This document shows positions 17,803 through 27,397 of a DNA stretch of 64,000 nt, piece by piece. The DNA comes from Polyangiaceae bacterium (GTDB taxonomy: Bacteria; Myxococcota_A; Polyangia; Polyangiales; Polyangiaceae), in contig JBGANF010000007.1 in the NCBI GenBank assembly GCA_044222475.1, forward strand, positions 1 through 64,000, written 5' to 3'. Below the pieces are notes generated by a model. The model was not told the origin of the DNA, did not search any database, and saw only the letters and a program-made list of their open reading frames with translations. Every line of letters starts with the position of its first letter. The first letter of the stretch is position 1. Both the position numbers and the translations under genes were made by a program.

Positions 17803-18324
17803 TTACGCAGGGGTTGCGCTTTCGCCTCGGCGGAATTTTTCAGGTTCGAAGCGGCGGAACGCGGAGAGGGCCAGAAAGGACACCAGGAGAACCACCTCGG
17901 TCTTGCCGCAGAGCTCGGAGCGACGGTGCATCACCTCGAGCGCGTCGCCCATCGGGCCCAGACCGCGGATCGCCCCGCCCGCGTGGAGCTCGGCGATGGC
18001 CGGCGACAGCCAGAGCGCCTGAACCAGGGCGAGAACGCCGGCGAGCGCGACGGAAGCGAGGCGGATGCGCTCGGGCCAGGTGCGGGGCGGCGCGGAGCGA
18101 GCGGCGACGGCCTCGGCGACGCCGACCACCGACAGCGCGACGAGCGCGACGCGGTCGAAGCGGAGGAACACGTGGGTCATCGCGTCGGCGCTCATCGGCG
18201 CGGTGACCTCGTGGAACACGATCGGCGCCACGATCGCGCCGAGCACGACGAGACCACCGACCCACACCGCCGCAGCGAGGAGCGACGCCGCGGTGGCGAT
18301 GCGGGCCGCGCCCAAAGGCGTCAC
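17803..18324 (-). CDS. DUF4149-like membrane protein
   Basis: W.GG...LGAIVAP.VF ... F.RFD ... MHRRSE pattern; 4 TM. Confidence 0.75.
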   Translation of the reverse strand: MTPLGAARIATAASLLAAAVWVGGLVVLGAIVAPIVFHEVTAPMSADAMTHVFLRFDRVALVALSVVGVAEAVAARSAPPRTWPERIRLASVALAGVLALVQALWLSPAIAELHAGGAIRGLGPMGDALEVMHRRSELCGKTEVVLLVSFLALSAFRRFEPEKFRRGESATPA

Positions 18325-19379
18325 GTCAGTTCCTCCAGGGCGACTCGGCGGAGCTCGGCGTCCACGTCGCCGTCGGCGAGCGCCTCGATCTGCGAGCGCA
18401 GCTCGACGAGCCGCGCCCGGCCCGCCGCGACCACCGCGGCTTCGCGGGTCGCCTTGCGGCGCGCCCCGAGATCCTTCGCGATCGTTGCTTTGGCCCGCGC
18501 GTGCCCCAGCCGGGCGAGCGCGATCAATGCGTGGAAACTACACGTATCGCGGACGTGGCGCAGCACGCCGAACGCACGTCGCTCGAGGGCCGGGATCGCT
18601 TCCTTCATCCCGATCGCGCCGGCGAGCTCGACCGCCTCGCGCTCGTCCTCCTGCTGGGCCTTGCGCGTCCCGCGGACCACCTCGAGGACGACCTTGCGTC
18701 CTCGCTCGTCGCCGACCTTCGCGAGGAAGATCGCGGCGGCGATGACGACGTCGTCCGCTTCGTCGTCGAGAAGCGCGCGGCCGCGGATGACCAGGCGACC
18801 ATCGACGTCGGCGTCGTTCGGTGCAACGACGGCGCCAGCGCCCAGCGCCTCCTCCGCGAGCCGCATCGCGATGTAGCGCACGTTCATGTCGTCGTCGGAG
18901 CTGGCGGTGAGCAGCGCACGCGCCCGAGCGTCGCCGCTCACGAGCTTCGCGAGCGCGATGACGGACTGGTACCGCATCTCGGGGCGCCGATCCTTCTGCG
19001 CCTTCTCGAGCCGGGTGAGCGTCGCCTTGCTGCGGTCGCCGAGCTCGCCGAGGGCGGTGATGGCCATCTGACGAACGTGACCGTCGTCGTCGTCGACGAG
19101 GCGCAGGAGCGCTTTGGCCGCCCCCGTCGCACCAATGTCGCTGAGCGCGACCGCGGCGGCGGAGCGCACCATGGGCGACGCGTCGGCGAGGGCGGCCTCG
19201 AGGAGACGCAGCGCCTCGGCGCGCTGCTCGGTCGACGCCCCGTCCTCACCTTCGCGCACGGGGTGCTTCGCGTGGCGCACGATGTCGGTCGCCGCCGACG
19301 CGCGCACCTCGGCCTTGGTCGACGCGAGATCACGGACGCAAGCGTCGAATTTCCTCGGGAGCGGCGGCGGGAGCCACAT
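18321..19379 (-). CDS. HEAT/PBS-lyase repeat protein
   Basis: Repeated D....VR..A..ALG helices. Confidence 0.85.
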   Translation of the reverse strand: MWLPPPLPRKFDACVRDLASTKAEVRASAATDIVRHAKHPVREGEDGASTEQRAEALRLLEAALADASPMVRSAAAVALSDIGATGAAKALLRLVDDDDGHVRQMAITALGELGDRSKATLTRLEKAQKDRRPEMRYQSVIALAKLVSGDARARALLTASSDDDMNVRYIAMRLAEEALGAGAVVAPNDADVDGRLVIRGRALLDDEADDVVIAAAIFLAKVGDERGRKVVLEVVRGTRKAQQEDEREAVELAGAIGMKEAIPALERRAFGVLRHVRDTCSFHALIALARLGHARAKATIAKDLGARRKATREAAVVAAGRARLVELRSQIEALADGDVDAELRRVALEELT

Positions 19380-19433
19380 GCGGAGACGGATTACCCCGAA
19401 TCCGGAGCCGACGCACGCGAGGCCTCGACGTCA

Positions 19434-19513
19434 GGGGCTTCGCCCCCGACACCCCCCGCCCGTGATTTCGTAGCTCCCTGCGGGAGCTACTCAGTTGGGG
19501 GCCCGCCCCCAAC
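19434..19513. repeat. REP-like cluster of three hairpins
   Basis: GGGGC-TTC-GCCCC; GTAGCTCCC-TGC-GGGAGCTAC; GTTGGGGG-CCCG-CCCCCAAC. Confidence 0.65.
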
Positions 19514-20309
19514 GGCCCCGGTCACCAGAGCCGCGAACACCGAGCGCGCGACCCGCCAGGAGCAAGCACACGCTGGTGGCGAAGACCGAGCCGCTTCCCA
19601 CCGCGAGCACGTGCGGGGCACGCAGCATCACCGCGGTCCCTTGATCGAGGAGCGCACCGAGGGAGACCCCGCCGACCGGGACGAGACCGACGAAGCCGAG
19701 TGCGGCTTCGCTCACGACGACGGCGGCCGCGCTCGCCCCGAGCTGCACCGCGAGCACGCCGAAGAGGTTCGGCAGGACGTGGACCCTCAGGATCGCCGCC
19801 GCGCCACGGCCGAGCGCGCGCGCCGCCTCGACGAACCCGGCGCCGCGGAGGACGCGCCCTTCGGCGAGCGCGAGGCGAGCGAAGGGCGCCCACGCGGTGA
19901 GACTGAAGACCGCGAAGAGGTGTAGACGCGTCGGCGTGCGCACCGCGGAGAGGACGGTGAGCGCGAGGAGGAACGACGGAAAGGCCTGCACGAGGTCGCA
20001 AGCGCGGTCGACGAAGCGCTCCACCGCGCCGCGGCGCAGAGCAGCGAGCGCGCCCAGCGGCGCACCGACGAGAAACCCGACCACGGCGACGGCCGCGGCG
20101 AGGACGATCGCGCGGAGGACTCCATGCGTCACGACGGCGAGGAGATCGACGCCGGCTTCGCCGCAGCCGAACGGGTGGGCGGCGGTCGGAGAACGAAACG
20201 AGTCCTCGGGCGCGAGCCGCGTGGGATCGACGTTCCGCAGCGTCGCCGCGCACGCAGCCGCCACCAGGGCGAGCGCGGGCGCGATTCGCACGGCGACGCG
20301 CCCGTTCAT
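19491..20309 (-). CDS. Peptide/nickel ABC transporter permease (DppC/OppC type)
   Basis: P...HPFG...G.DLL, D.VQAFP, FVEAARALG, HVLPN, EAALGFVGL. Confidence 0.9.
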   Translation of the reverse strand: MNGRVAVRIAPALALVAAACAATLRNVDPTRLAPEDSFRSPTAAHPFGCGEAGVDLLAVVTHGVLRAIVLAAAVAVVGFLVGAPLGALAALRRGAVERFVDRACDLVQAFPSFLLALTVLSAVRTPTRLHLFAVFSLTAWAPFARLALAEGRVLRGAGFVEAARALGRGAAAILRVHVLPNLFGVLAVQLGASAAAVVVSEAALGFVGLVPVGGVSLGALLDQGTAVMLRAPHVLAVGSGSVFATSVCLLLAGRALGVRGSGDRGRWGRAPN

Positions 20310-21253
20310 CCGCGCACCCGCGGATCGATCGCGGCGTGGAGCGCGCTCGCGATCATCTGAACGCCCACGAAGAGCGCCGCCGCCGCGACGACCGCGCCTT
20401 CCAGCACGGGGAGGTCGCGCGCGGCGTACGCCTCGAGGATCAGGGATCCCAAACCGGGACGCTCGAAGAGGCGCTCGAGCACCACCGCTCCGCCGAGGAG
20501 CGCACCGAGCTGCGACGCGACGACCGTCACGATCGGCCCTGCGCACGCTGGCAGCGCATGCAGGAGGAACGCGCGGGCCTGGCTTCCACCCTTCGCTCGC
20601 GCCACCGCGACGAACGGTGCTCGCGCGACGGTGGCGAGCGCGGCGCGAGAGACTCGTGCGACCGCGGCCGCGAGAGGGATCGCGAGGAGGACCGCGGCGA
20701 ACAGCAGCCCCGCCGCGCCCGCGTCGGGATCCGCGGGCAACGGTACGACCCTCAGGCGCGCAGCGAGCACGTACGTGGCCAGCGGTGCGAACGAGAGGAG
20801 CGGCGTCGCCGCCACCGCGGTGGGTGCGGCACCGAGGAGCTTGCGCGCTCGAGGAAGCCAGGGCCCCACCGCGAGCACCGCGACCGCGACGCCGACGATC
20901 GCCCCGAGCCCGACCGCGAGGAGCGCCAGCGCGGCGGTCGGTCCGATCGCCTCCGCCACCCGGGACCAGGCGGTCTGCCCGGGGTGGCGCAGCGACTCGC
21001 CGAAATCGAGGCGGAAGAGACCGACGACGAAGCGTGCATACTGCACATGAAGCGGCGCATCGACGCCGAGCCGATGCCGCATCGCCTCGACCTCGGTCGC
21101 CGACGCCTCGTCGCCGAGGACGAGCCGCGCCGGATCCCCCGGGAGCAGCCGCAGCGAGAGGAACACGAACGTGCCGACCGCGAGGACGACGCCGAGCGCT
21201 TCGAGCGCCTTTCCGAAGATGGCGCGCGCGACGAGCAGCGCGCGACGAATCAG
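20306..21253 (-). CDS. Peptide/nickel ABC transporter permease (DppB/OppB type)
   Basis: LLPGDPA, LG.D.PL.VQY, DFGES, ARAKG, GAVVLE.LF..PGLG, RDLPV, DPRVR; start uncertain (CTG 21253 proposed). Confidence 0.9.
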   Translation of the reverse strand: MIRRALLVARAIFGKALEALGVVLAVGTFVFLSLRLLPGDPARLVLGDEASATEVEAMRHRLGVDAPLHVQYARFVVGLFRLDFGESLRHPGQTAWSRVAEAIGPTAALALLAVGLGAIVGVAVAVLAVGPWLPRARKLLGAAPTAVAATPLLSFAPLATYVLAARLRVVPLPADPDAGAAGLLFAAVLLAIPLAAAVARVSRAALATVARAPFVAVARAKGGSQARAFLLHALPACAGPIVTVVASQLGALLGGAVVLERLFERPGLGSLILEAYAARDLPVLEGAVVAAAALFVGVQMIASALHAAIDPRVRG

Positions 21254-21840
21254 TCGGCGCCGCCGTCCGCCGGCGACGCGTCGTTCTTGGCGTCGGTGGC
21301 CGCGTCGACCGAGCCTGCGTCGGCCGGCGAGGCAGTCCCGGCGTCGATCGGGGGAAGGTCGGGGCCGGAGTACGAGCACACCGGCGCGCTACCAGCGTCG
21401 CTCGCCTGCGCGACGCTCACGACGGGAGCCACGAGACACACCTTTTGGGACTTGTCGCTCTTGAGGATCTTCGCTCCGTACGGCGCGTCGCCCGGCGCGC
21501 GACACACGTAGCCGACGCGGCAGTCCGAGTCGTCGGTGCAGGGCGCGAGGCACATCGATCGGCCGACACGCGAGGGCCGGCGGTCGTCGTAGGTGCAGCC
21601 GGGGATGGTGCCCGCGAACTGGACGCACACGGAATCATCGGGGCAGCTCTCGCCGTAGCAGTTGAAGAGCGTGCAGTATCCTTCCGGTTGCGACGTGTCG
21701 CAGAGGCGGTCCCCGCGCCGCGAACAGTCCGTCGAGAGCTGGCAGGTGTCGCCGATCGAAGGCTGGCAAGCCACGAGGGCGCTGCCGAGCATCCCCACGA
21801 CGAGCGCGAGCCAACGGAGGGGGGGGTGGCGGCGAAACAT
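21250..21840 (-). CDS. Cys-rich lipoprotein
   Basis: Lipobox LVAC, IGDTC...DC, DAG-rich C-terminal tail. Confidence 0.85.
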   Translation of the reverse strand: MFRRHPPLRWLALVVGMLGSALVACQPSIGDTCQLSTDCSRRGDRLCDTSQPEGYCTLFNCYGESCPDDSVCVQFAGTIPGCTYDDRRPSRVGRSMCLAPCTDDSDCRVGYVCRAPGDAPYGAKILKSDKSQKVCLVAPVVSVAQASDAGSAPVCSYSGPDLPPIDAGTASPADAGSVDAATDAKNDASPADGGAD

Positions 21841-21917
21841 CGGCGGACGGGGTGTACCAGACCAGCTGCGTGCGCGGCTAGGCCCTCCGCGTGCTCGAGG
21901 CGTTGGAGCGGGTTTGA

Positions 21918-22265
<348 letters not shown>

Positions 22266-22267
22266 CA

Positions 22268-23107
22268 GTGAACGGGGCCGGCTCGAGAGGCGCCTCTCGG
22301 CCGGCGCTCCTGCTCGGGCTCGTTCTCGCGCCGCTCGTCGCCGGTTGTGCGGGGAGCTCGCCGCTCTTGCACCCGGCTCACGCGCTCGCTGCGGGCGACG
22401 TTCGCGCGATGGCGGGCATCAGCGGCAACGCGATCGTCGGCCCGGCCGCGTCGAGCATTCGAGACGCGGCGAACCTCGCCGCCGCGAACGGCGGCAAGTC
22501 CGTCGCATCGAACGCCTACGCCGACGGCGTGATCTCCGACGTCGGGATCGCGCCGGGCATCGCGCCGTTCGCCGGCGCGCGGGTCGGCGTCGGCTCGGAC
22601 GTCGAAGGCGGCATCGTGTACACCGGGCGGGGAGCGCGCCTCGATCTTCGCAAAGCGTTCGTGACCGGCAAGGCGAACAGCATCGCGTTCTCGGTCGGAG
22701 CGGCGTTCCGCGCGGCGTTCATCGGTCGCGGCTCCGACTCGCTCCCCGGCGTCGCCACGAACGGGATCTTCGGCTACGGGTTCGACGTTCCGCTGCTCGT
22801 GGGTTGGCGCAGCACCGCCGGCCTGTACCAGATCTGGGCCGGCGTTCGTGGCGGGCTCGACCACATCGGGATCGAACCGCGCTCGACCGAGCCCGTGACG
22901 GGCGCGCCCGAGTTCCCCGGCAAGCTGTCGGCGAACCGACTCTTCGTCGGTGCGCTCGTCGGGCTCGCGATCGGTTTTCGCCACGTCCACGTCGCGCTCG
23001 AGCTCGACGCTCAGTACGAGGCGCTGTGGGGCACGTTCGCGGGTACGTCCGGCGCCATCCAAGGTGCGACGATCGTCCCGGCGAGCGCGCTGCTCGTGGA
23101 CTTCTGA
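22268..23107 (+). CDS. Putative outer-membrane lipoprotein / beta-barrel-like protein
   Basis: GTG 22268; lipobox VAGC; amphipathic strands; C-terminal Phe (LLVDF). Confidence 0.7.
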   Translation: MNGAGSRGASRPALLLGLVLAPLVAGCAGSSPLLHPAHALAAGDVRAMAGISGNAIVGPAASSIRDAANLAAANGGKSVASNAYADGVISDVGIAPGIAPFAGARVGVGSDVEGGIVYTGRGARLDLRKAFVTGKANSIAFSVGAAFRAAFIGRGSDSLPGVATNGIFGYGFDVPLLVGWRSTAGLYQIWAGVRGGLDHIGIEPRSTEPVTGAPEFPGKLSANRLFVGALVGLAIGFRHVHVALELDAQYEALWGTFAGTSGAIQGATIVPASALLVDF

Positions 23108-23111
23108 GTCG

Positions 23112-23687
23112 CTACAGCAGCGCGGCCACCGCCTCACCGAGAACGTCCTCGACGCGGCGGTGATGCTCGCGCCACTCGATCCGTCCCGACGCGCCCACGA
23201 AGTTCGCGACGGCGAGGAGCGCGACGAACGGAATCCCCGCGGCGGCACACGCGACCGCTGCGCCGTGGGTCTCGAGATGCTCCACCTGCGCGCCGGTCGC
23301 GCGCGGGATCGCCAGCGCGAGATCGTCGCTCGTGGTGAGAGCCAGCGTCGTCGCCGCGGTCACGTCGCGCCCGACGAGGCGGAAGCGCGAAGCGAGCGCC
23401 TCGTCGGCTTCGAGGACGTCGTCGACGATCGCCGTCGACGTGCCGATCACGACCGACGGATCGACGAGGCGCGACACGCGCACGACCACTCGGTCGCCGA
23501 TGGACAAGTGGGCTCCAGGGTAGGCTCCGCACGTACCCACCAGGACGACCGCGCTCGGTCGTGGAGCGAGCCTCGCCACCGAAACCGCCGCCGCCAGCGG
23601 TCCGATGCCGAGCTCCGCCGTCGGAAAATCAGGCTTAAGATGGCGAAATCGTTGAAGCTCTTGGGGAACGGCAGCGACGAGGATCAC
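23112..23687 (-). CDS. Purine nucleoside phosphorylase/MTAN family protein (futalosine hydrolase MqnB-like)
   Basis: ILVAAVPQEL, GIGP..AA, VGTCGAY, EHLE...A.AC...GIPF.....ANFVG...W. Confidence 0.75.
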   Translation of the reverse strand: MILVAAVPQELQRFRHLKPDFPTAELGIGPLAAAVSVARLAPRPSAVVLVGTCGAYPGAHLSIGDRVVVRVSRLVDPSVVIGTSTAIVDDVLEADEALASRFRLVGRDVTAATTLALTTSDDLALAIPRATGAQVEHLETHGAAVACAAAGIPFVALLAVANFVGASGRIEWREHHRRVEDVLGEAVAALL

Positions 23688-23736
23688 GGGGAAAGGGTTG
23701 CCCAACCTGGAGCGTACGTCTACCCTATTGGGAGCG

Positions 23737-24564
23737 ATGCCTTCGTCACGCCTCTTTTGGATGCTCGGCCTGGTCCCGGTCGTCGCCGGCTGCACGGCGA
23801 ACATCGGCGCAGCCGAAGCGACCGACGCGGATGCGAGCGCGATCACCGGCGTCGTGGTCGTCGAAGAGACGGCCTTCGCAGGCGACGTGCCCCACGCCGA
23901 GGTGTCGGCTCGGTTCGTCAAAGTTCACGGTGCCATCGACGACGGCGCGCTGCGACTCGCGGGCGCCGAGCTCGTGATGCCGCCGATCGGCGAATGCACG
24001 ACGCTCGTCGACGAGCCGCTGCGCACGCCGTCGGTGGTGCGCATTCAGCTCTTGAACGTCGGCGCGCTCAACGTCGAGAGCGCCTCTGGAAAAGCCACGC
24101 TCCAGCCGCGACGCGTCCCCGACGTGACCGACCTGGTGTCCGGAGTCCTCTACACCGCACGCACCGACGGCCTACGCGGGACGGTGCGGCTGCGCGCGGC
24201 TGGCGCCGACCCCGACGTCGGTCCGCTCCTCGTCGAAGCCCAAGCACCCGCCGAGCTGCGGGGCCTTCGCGTGGGCGGCGTCGAAGCGAAGAGCGCCGAG
24301 CCCATCGCGCTCGCTCCGGGCAGCGTGGAGCTCGAGTGGGACGCCGCGACCGACCTCGTCTACGTCGACGTCCTCGCCCCCGGCACCCTCACGACGCGCT
24401 GCGCGTTCGCGGACCACGGTCACGCGACCGTCCCGGCACCTGCATCCCAAAATGGTACGTTCGCGGTTCACCGACTCCGTCGCCAGCCGCTCGCCGGCTT
24501 CGAGCGCGGAGAGCTCCGGTTCGACGCCGCGCGCCTCGTTCCGTTCGCCGTCCGCGCGAAGTGA
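23737..24564 (+). CDS. Hypothetical lipoprotein
   Basis: GGAG SD; lipobox VAGC. Confidence 0.75.
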   Translation: MPSSRLFWMLGLVPVVAGCTANIGAAEATDADASAITGVVVVEETAFAGDVPHAEVSARFVKVHGAIDDGALRLAGAELVMPPIGECTTLVDEPLRTPSVVRIQLLNVGALNVESASGKATLQPRRVPDVTDLVSGVLYTARTDGLRGTVRLRAAGADPDVGPLLVEAQAPAELRGLRVGGVEAKSAEPIALAPGSVELEWDAATDLVYVDVLAPGTLTTRCAFADHGHATVPAPASQNGTFAVHRLRRQPLAGFERGELRFDAARLVPFAVRAK

Positions 24565-24577
24565 GCCGAGCGACGCG

Positions 24578-25417
24578 ATGCGAACGAATCGACTCGTGCG
24601 TTCCGTCCTGCTTCCCGGCCCCGTCGCGATCGCGGCGATCGCGATCGCCGTGGGCCTGACGCGCGACGCGGACGCCCAGCCCAAGTCCCCTGCCCCTCAC
24701 GGGACCGTGGCCGCGCGCGCGCCGGCTCGCCCGGCCTACGGGTCGTACGTCAACGCGTGGCACGCGGTCGCCCCCGGGCGCACCGCACCGACCGACGAGC
24801 GCGGTCGGAAGAAGCTCGTCCTGTTCGCGCTCAACACGCAGGAGCGCGTCGAGCTCACCGCCGAGCGCGACACTGGGGCGTTCAGCGCGCACGAGCTCGA
24901 TCGCGCGGCGCACCTGCTCCGCGAGCCTTCGACCGGCAACGAGCACCCCGTCGAGCCGCGGATCGTCGACGTGCTCTACAAGATCGCGCTCAAGTTCGAC
25001 GCGCAGGAGATCCGCGTCGTCTCCGGCTACCGCACGCCGCGGGGCGGTGCGTCGAACCACGGCAAGGGACGCGCGGTCGACGTCGTCGTGCCCGGAACCA
25101 CCGACGACGACGTCGCCAAGTTCGCGCGCGAGCTCGGCTTCATGGGCGTCGGCATCTACCCGGTGAGCGGGTTCGTCCACGTCGACGTCCGCGACCGGAG
25201 CTACTTCTGGATCGACTCGAGCGGGCCCGGAAAGAAGAACCGCGAGCGAGGGATCCTCGGCGACGTCGCCGCCCGGGCCGACGCTGCGGCAGCCGCACGA
25301 GGCGAACGCGGAGTGCCGGCTCTCATCGTCTCGACCGACGTCGACGCTGCGATGCGCGCGACCGGCGTGGCCCCGGCGCCGCCTCCACCGCTCGACGACG
25401 ACGACGACGACGACTGA
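24578..25417 (+). CDS. YcbK/DUF882 family (peptidase M15) exported protein
   Basis: SGYRTP, SNHGKGRAVD, GVGIYP, FVHVD Zn-peptidase motifs; poly-Asp tail. Confidence 0.88.
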   Translation: MRTNRLVRSVLLPGPVAIAAIAIAVGLTRDADAQPKSPAPHGTVAARAPARPAYGSYVNAWHAVAPGRTAPTDERGRKKLVLFALNTQERVELTAERDTGAFSAHELDRAAHLLREPSTGNEHPVEPRIVDVLYKIALKFDAQEIRVVSGYRTPRGGASNHGKGRAVDVVVPGTTDDDVAKFARELGFMGVGIYPVSGFVHVDVRDRSYFWIDSSGPGKKNRERGILGDVAARADAAAAARGERGVPALIVSTDVDAAMRATGVAPAPPPPLDDDDDDD

Positions 25418-25432
25418 CCGCGAAGCAGGCCG

Positions 25433-27379
25433 ATGTCCGATCCCGAGATCGAATCGCTCGTTCGCGCCGAACGCACCGCAGAGGCGGCGGCGCTCGCCGA
25501 AGCGAGAGGCTTCGGTCGACTGGCGGTCGACCTGTACGAGCGCACGTGCGACTTCACCCGTGCGGCGGCGGTCGCGCTTCGCACCGGCGATCCGGCGCGC
25601 TCCCTCATGCTCGCCGTCGTCGCGCGCGACGCGTCGGCCGAAGCGGCGGCGCTCGACGCGCTGCGACTCGATCCCGATCGCGCGAGGCGAACGGCGGAGA
25701 CGCTGGCGCGACGCGGAGATCATGCGCCCGCAGCGCGCATCTACGACGCGACCGGCGACGCCGCGCTCGCCGCTCAGTCGTGGGAGCGGGCCGGCGAGGC
25801 AGTGCGGGCGGCGAAGCTCTTCGAGCGCGCCGGAGACCCCGTCGCGGCCGCCAAGGCGCTCGAAGCCGCCCTGCGCCGATCCCCCAACGACGTGGACGCT
25901 CAGCTCGCGCTCGGTGAGCTGCTCCTCCGCTACGGCAAGGTCGAAGCGGCGACGCGGGCGCTCCAGCGAGTGCCGCGGGAATCCCCGGCGCGTCGCGCCG
26001 CGGTCACCGCGCTCCTGCGCGCGTTCGGCCAGATGGGGATGCTGTCGGCCGAGGCGGAGGCCAAGCGCGAGCTCGACGCGCTCGGGGGACCCGTGGCCGA
26101 GGACGCCCAATCCGCCCCCCTCGGCGCGCCGAAGCAGCGAATCTACGGGCGCTACGAGGTCCTGCGCGAGGTCGCGTCGACCGCGAGCGCGCGGGTTCTC
26201 GAGTGCATCGACCCCGTGCGGAGCGAGCACGTCGCGGTGAAGGTCTTCGCCGGCTGGGACGCGCGGGGCATGGGACGCGACGTCCTCATGCGCTTCGAAC
26301 GAGAGGTCCGCGCGCTCGACGCGATCGATCATCCCAATGTGGTACCGCTGCGCGACTTCGTCGCCGACGGTCCCGCGATCGTGCTCGCGTGGATGAGCGG
26401 GGGAACGCTCGAGTCGATGATGCAGTCGCCGATCGCGCCGGGGCGCGCGGTCGAGATCGCGCGAGCGGTGCTGGCAGCGCTCGGCGAGGCGCACCGCCTG
26501 GGGATCCTCCACCGCGACGTGAAGCCCTCGAACGTGCTCTTCGACGACGCGGGCGTGACGCGCCTCGGCGACTTCGGCGTCGCACACCTCGGCGACGCGA
26601 GCGCCACCGCGACGGCCGGCGTCATCGGTACGCTCGCGTACATGAGCCCAGAGCAGCGCGAAGGCAAACCAGCGACGGTCCAGAGCGACATCTACGGCGT
26701 CGGTGCGATGCTCTTCGAGATCCTCACCGGTGAGCGGCTCGTGATCGGCGAGCCCCCGCGGACGAGTCCGAGCGGAGTTCACCGCGACCTCGACGCTCGC
26801 CACGACGAGGTCGTGTTGCGGATGGTCGCGGAGTCTCCCGCGGACCGCCCGCCCGATGCGTTCGCCGCGCGAAAGGAGCTCGCGGCGATCACGTGGCCCA
26901 AGACCATCGAGCCGGCGGCCAAGGCCGCGCGCGCGGCGCGCCGGCCGAGCGACCACCCCGAGGCGACGCGGCTCGATCGGCAGAGCGACGGCCGCGCGTT
27001 CGATCGGGTGATGGAGCGCGAGGTCGCGTTGCTGCCCTACGACGACCGCATGGTCGCGCGGGCGGGCGCGTTCGCTCGAGCCGGTCACCCCGTTCTCCAA
27101 ACGGTCCTCCGCGTCGACCGCGAAGGGAGCGCGATCTGGCTCGAAGACCCCGGTGATGCGCCTGCAGGGGTGCTGTCCCCGGAAGAGCTCGCCCAGCTCG
27201 AGGCCGGCCTGGCGGCGCTGCACGCCGAAGGTCAAGCGCACGGACGCGTCGACGACTCGCATCTCCGACGCACGACCGCCGGTGGGCTCGTGCTCCTGTT
27301 TCCGAAAGAGGCCGATCCATTGGCCACTGCGGACACGGACCAAGCCGGGTTGCGCCGACTCGGCGCGTCGGTGCTCTGA
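25433..27379 (+). CDS. TPR-containing Ser/Thr protein kinase with kinase-like C-terminal remnant
   Basis: N-terminal TPR-like helices; VAVK, HRDVKPSN, DFG, GTLAYMSPEQ. Confidence 0.9.
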   Translation: MSDPEIESLVRAERTAEAAALAEARGFGRLAVDLYERTCDFTRAAAVALRTGDPARSLMLAVVARDASAEAAALDALRLDPDRARRTAETLARRGDHAPAARIYDATGDAALAAQSWERAGEAVRAAKLFERAGDPVAAAKALEAALRRSPNDVDAQLALGELLLRYGKVEAATRALQRVPRESPARRAAVTALLRAFGQMGMLSAEAEAKRELDALGGPVAEDAQSAPLGAPKQRIYGRYEVLREVASTASARVLECIDPVRSEHVAVKVFAGWDARGMGRDVLMRFEREVRALDAIDHPNVVPLRDFVADGPAIVLAWMSGGTLESMMQSPIAPGRAVEIARAVLAALGEAHRLGILHRDVKPSNVLFDDAGVTRLGDFGVAHLGDASATATAGVIGTLAYMSPEQREGKPATVQSDIYGVGAMLFEILTGERLVIGEPPRTSPSGVHRDLDARHDEVVLRMVAESPADRPPDAFAARKELAAITWPKTIEPAAKAARAARRPSDHPEATRLDRQSDGRAFDRVMEREVALLPYDDRMVARAGAFARAGHPVLQTVLRVDREGSAIWLEDPGDAPAGVLSPEELAQLEAGLAALHAEGQAHGRVDDSHLRRTTAGGLVLLFPKEADPLATADTDQAGLRRLGASVL

Positions 27380-27397
27380 ACGACGGGGAGTACCAAA

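Noticed and set aside
19491..21253. Calling the permeases nikB/nikC because nikR is in the window
   Set aside because: They are 18 kb from nikR, no NikR operator was recognised, and the family is mostly peptide transporters.
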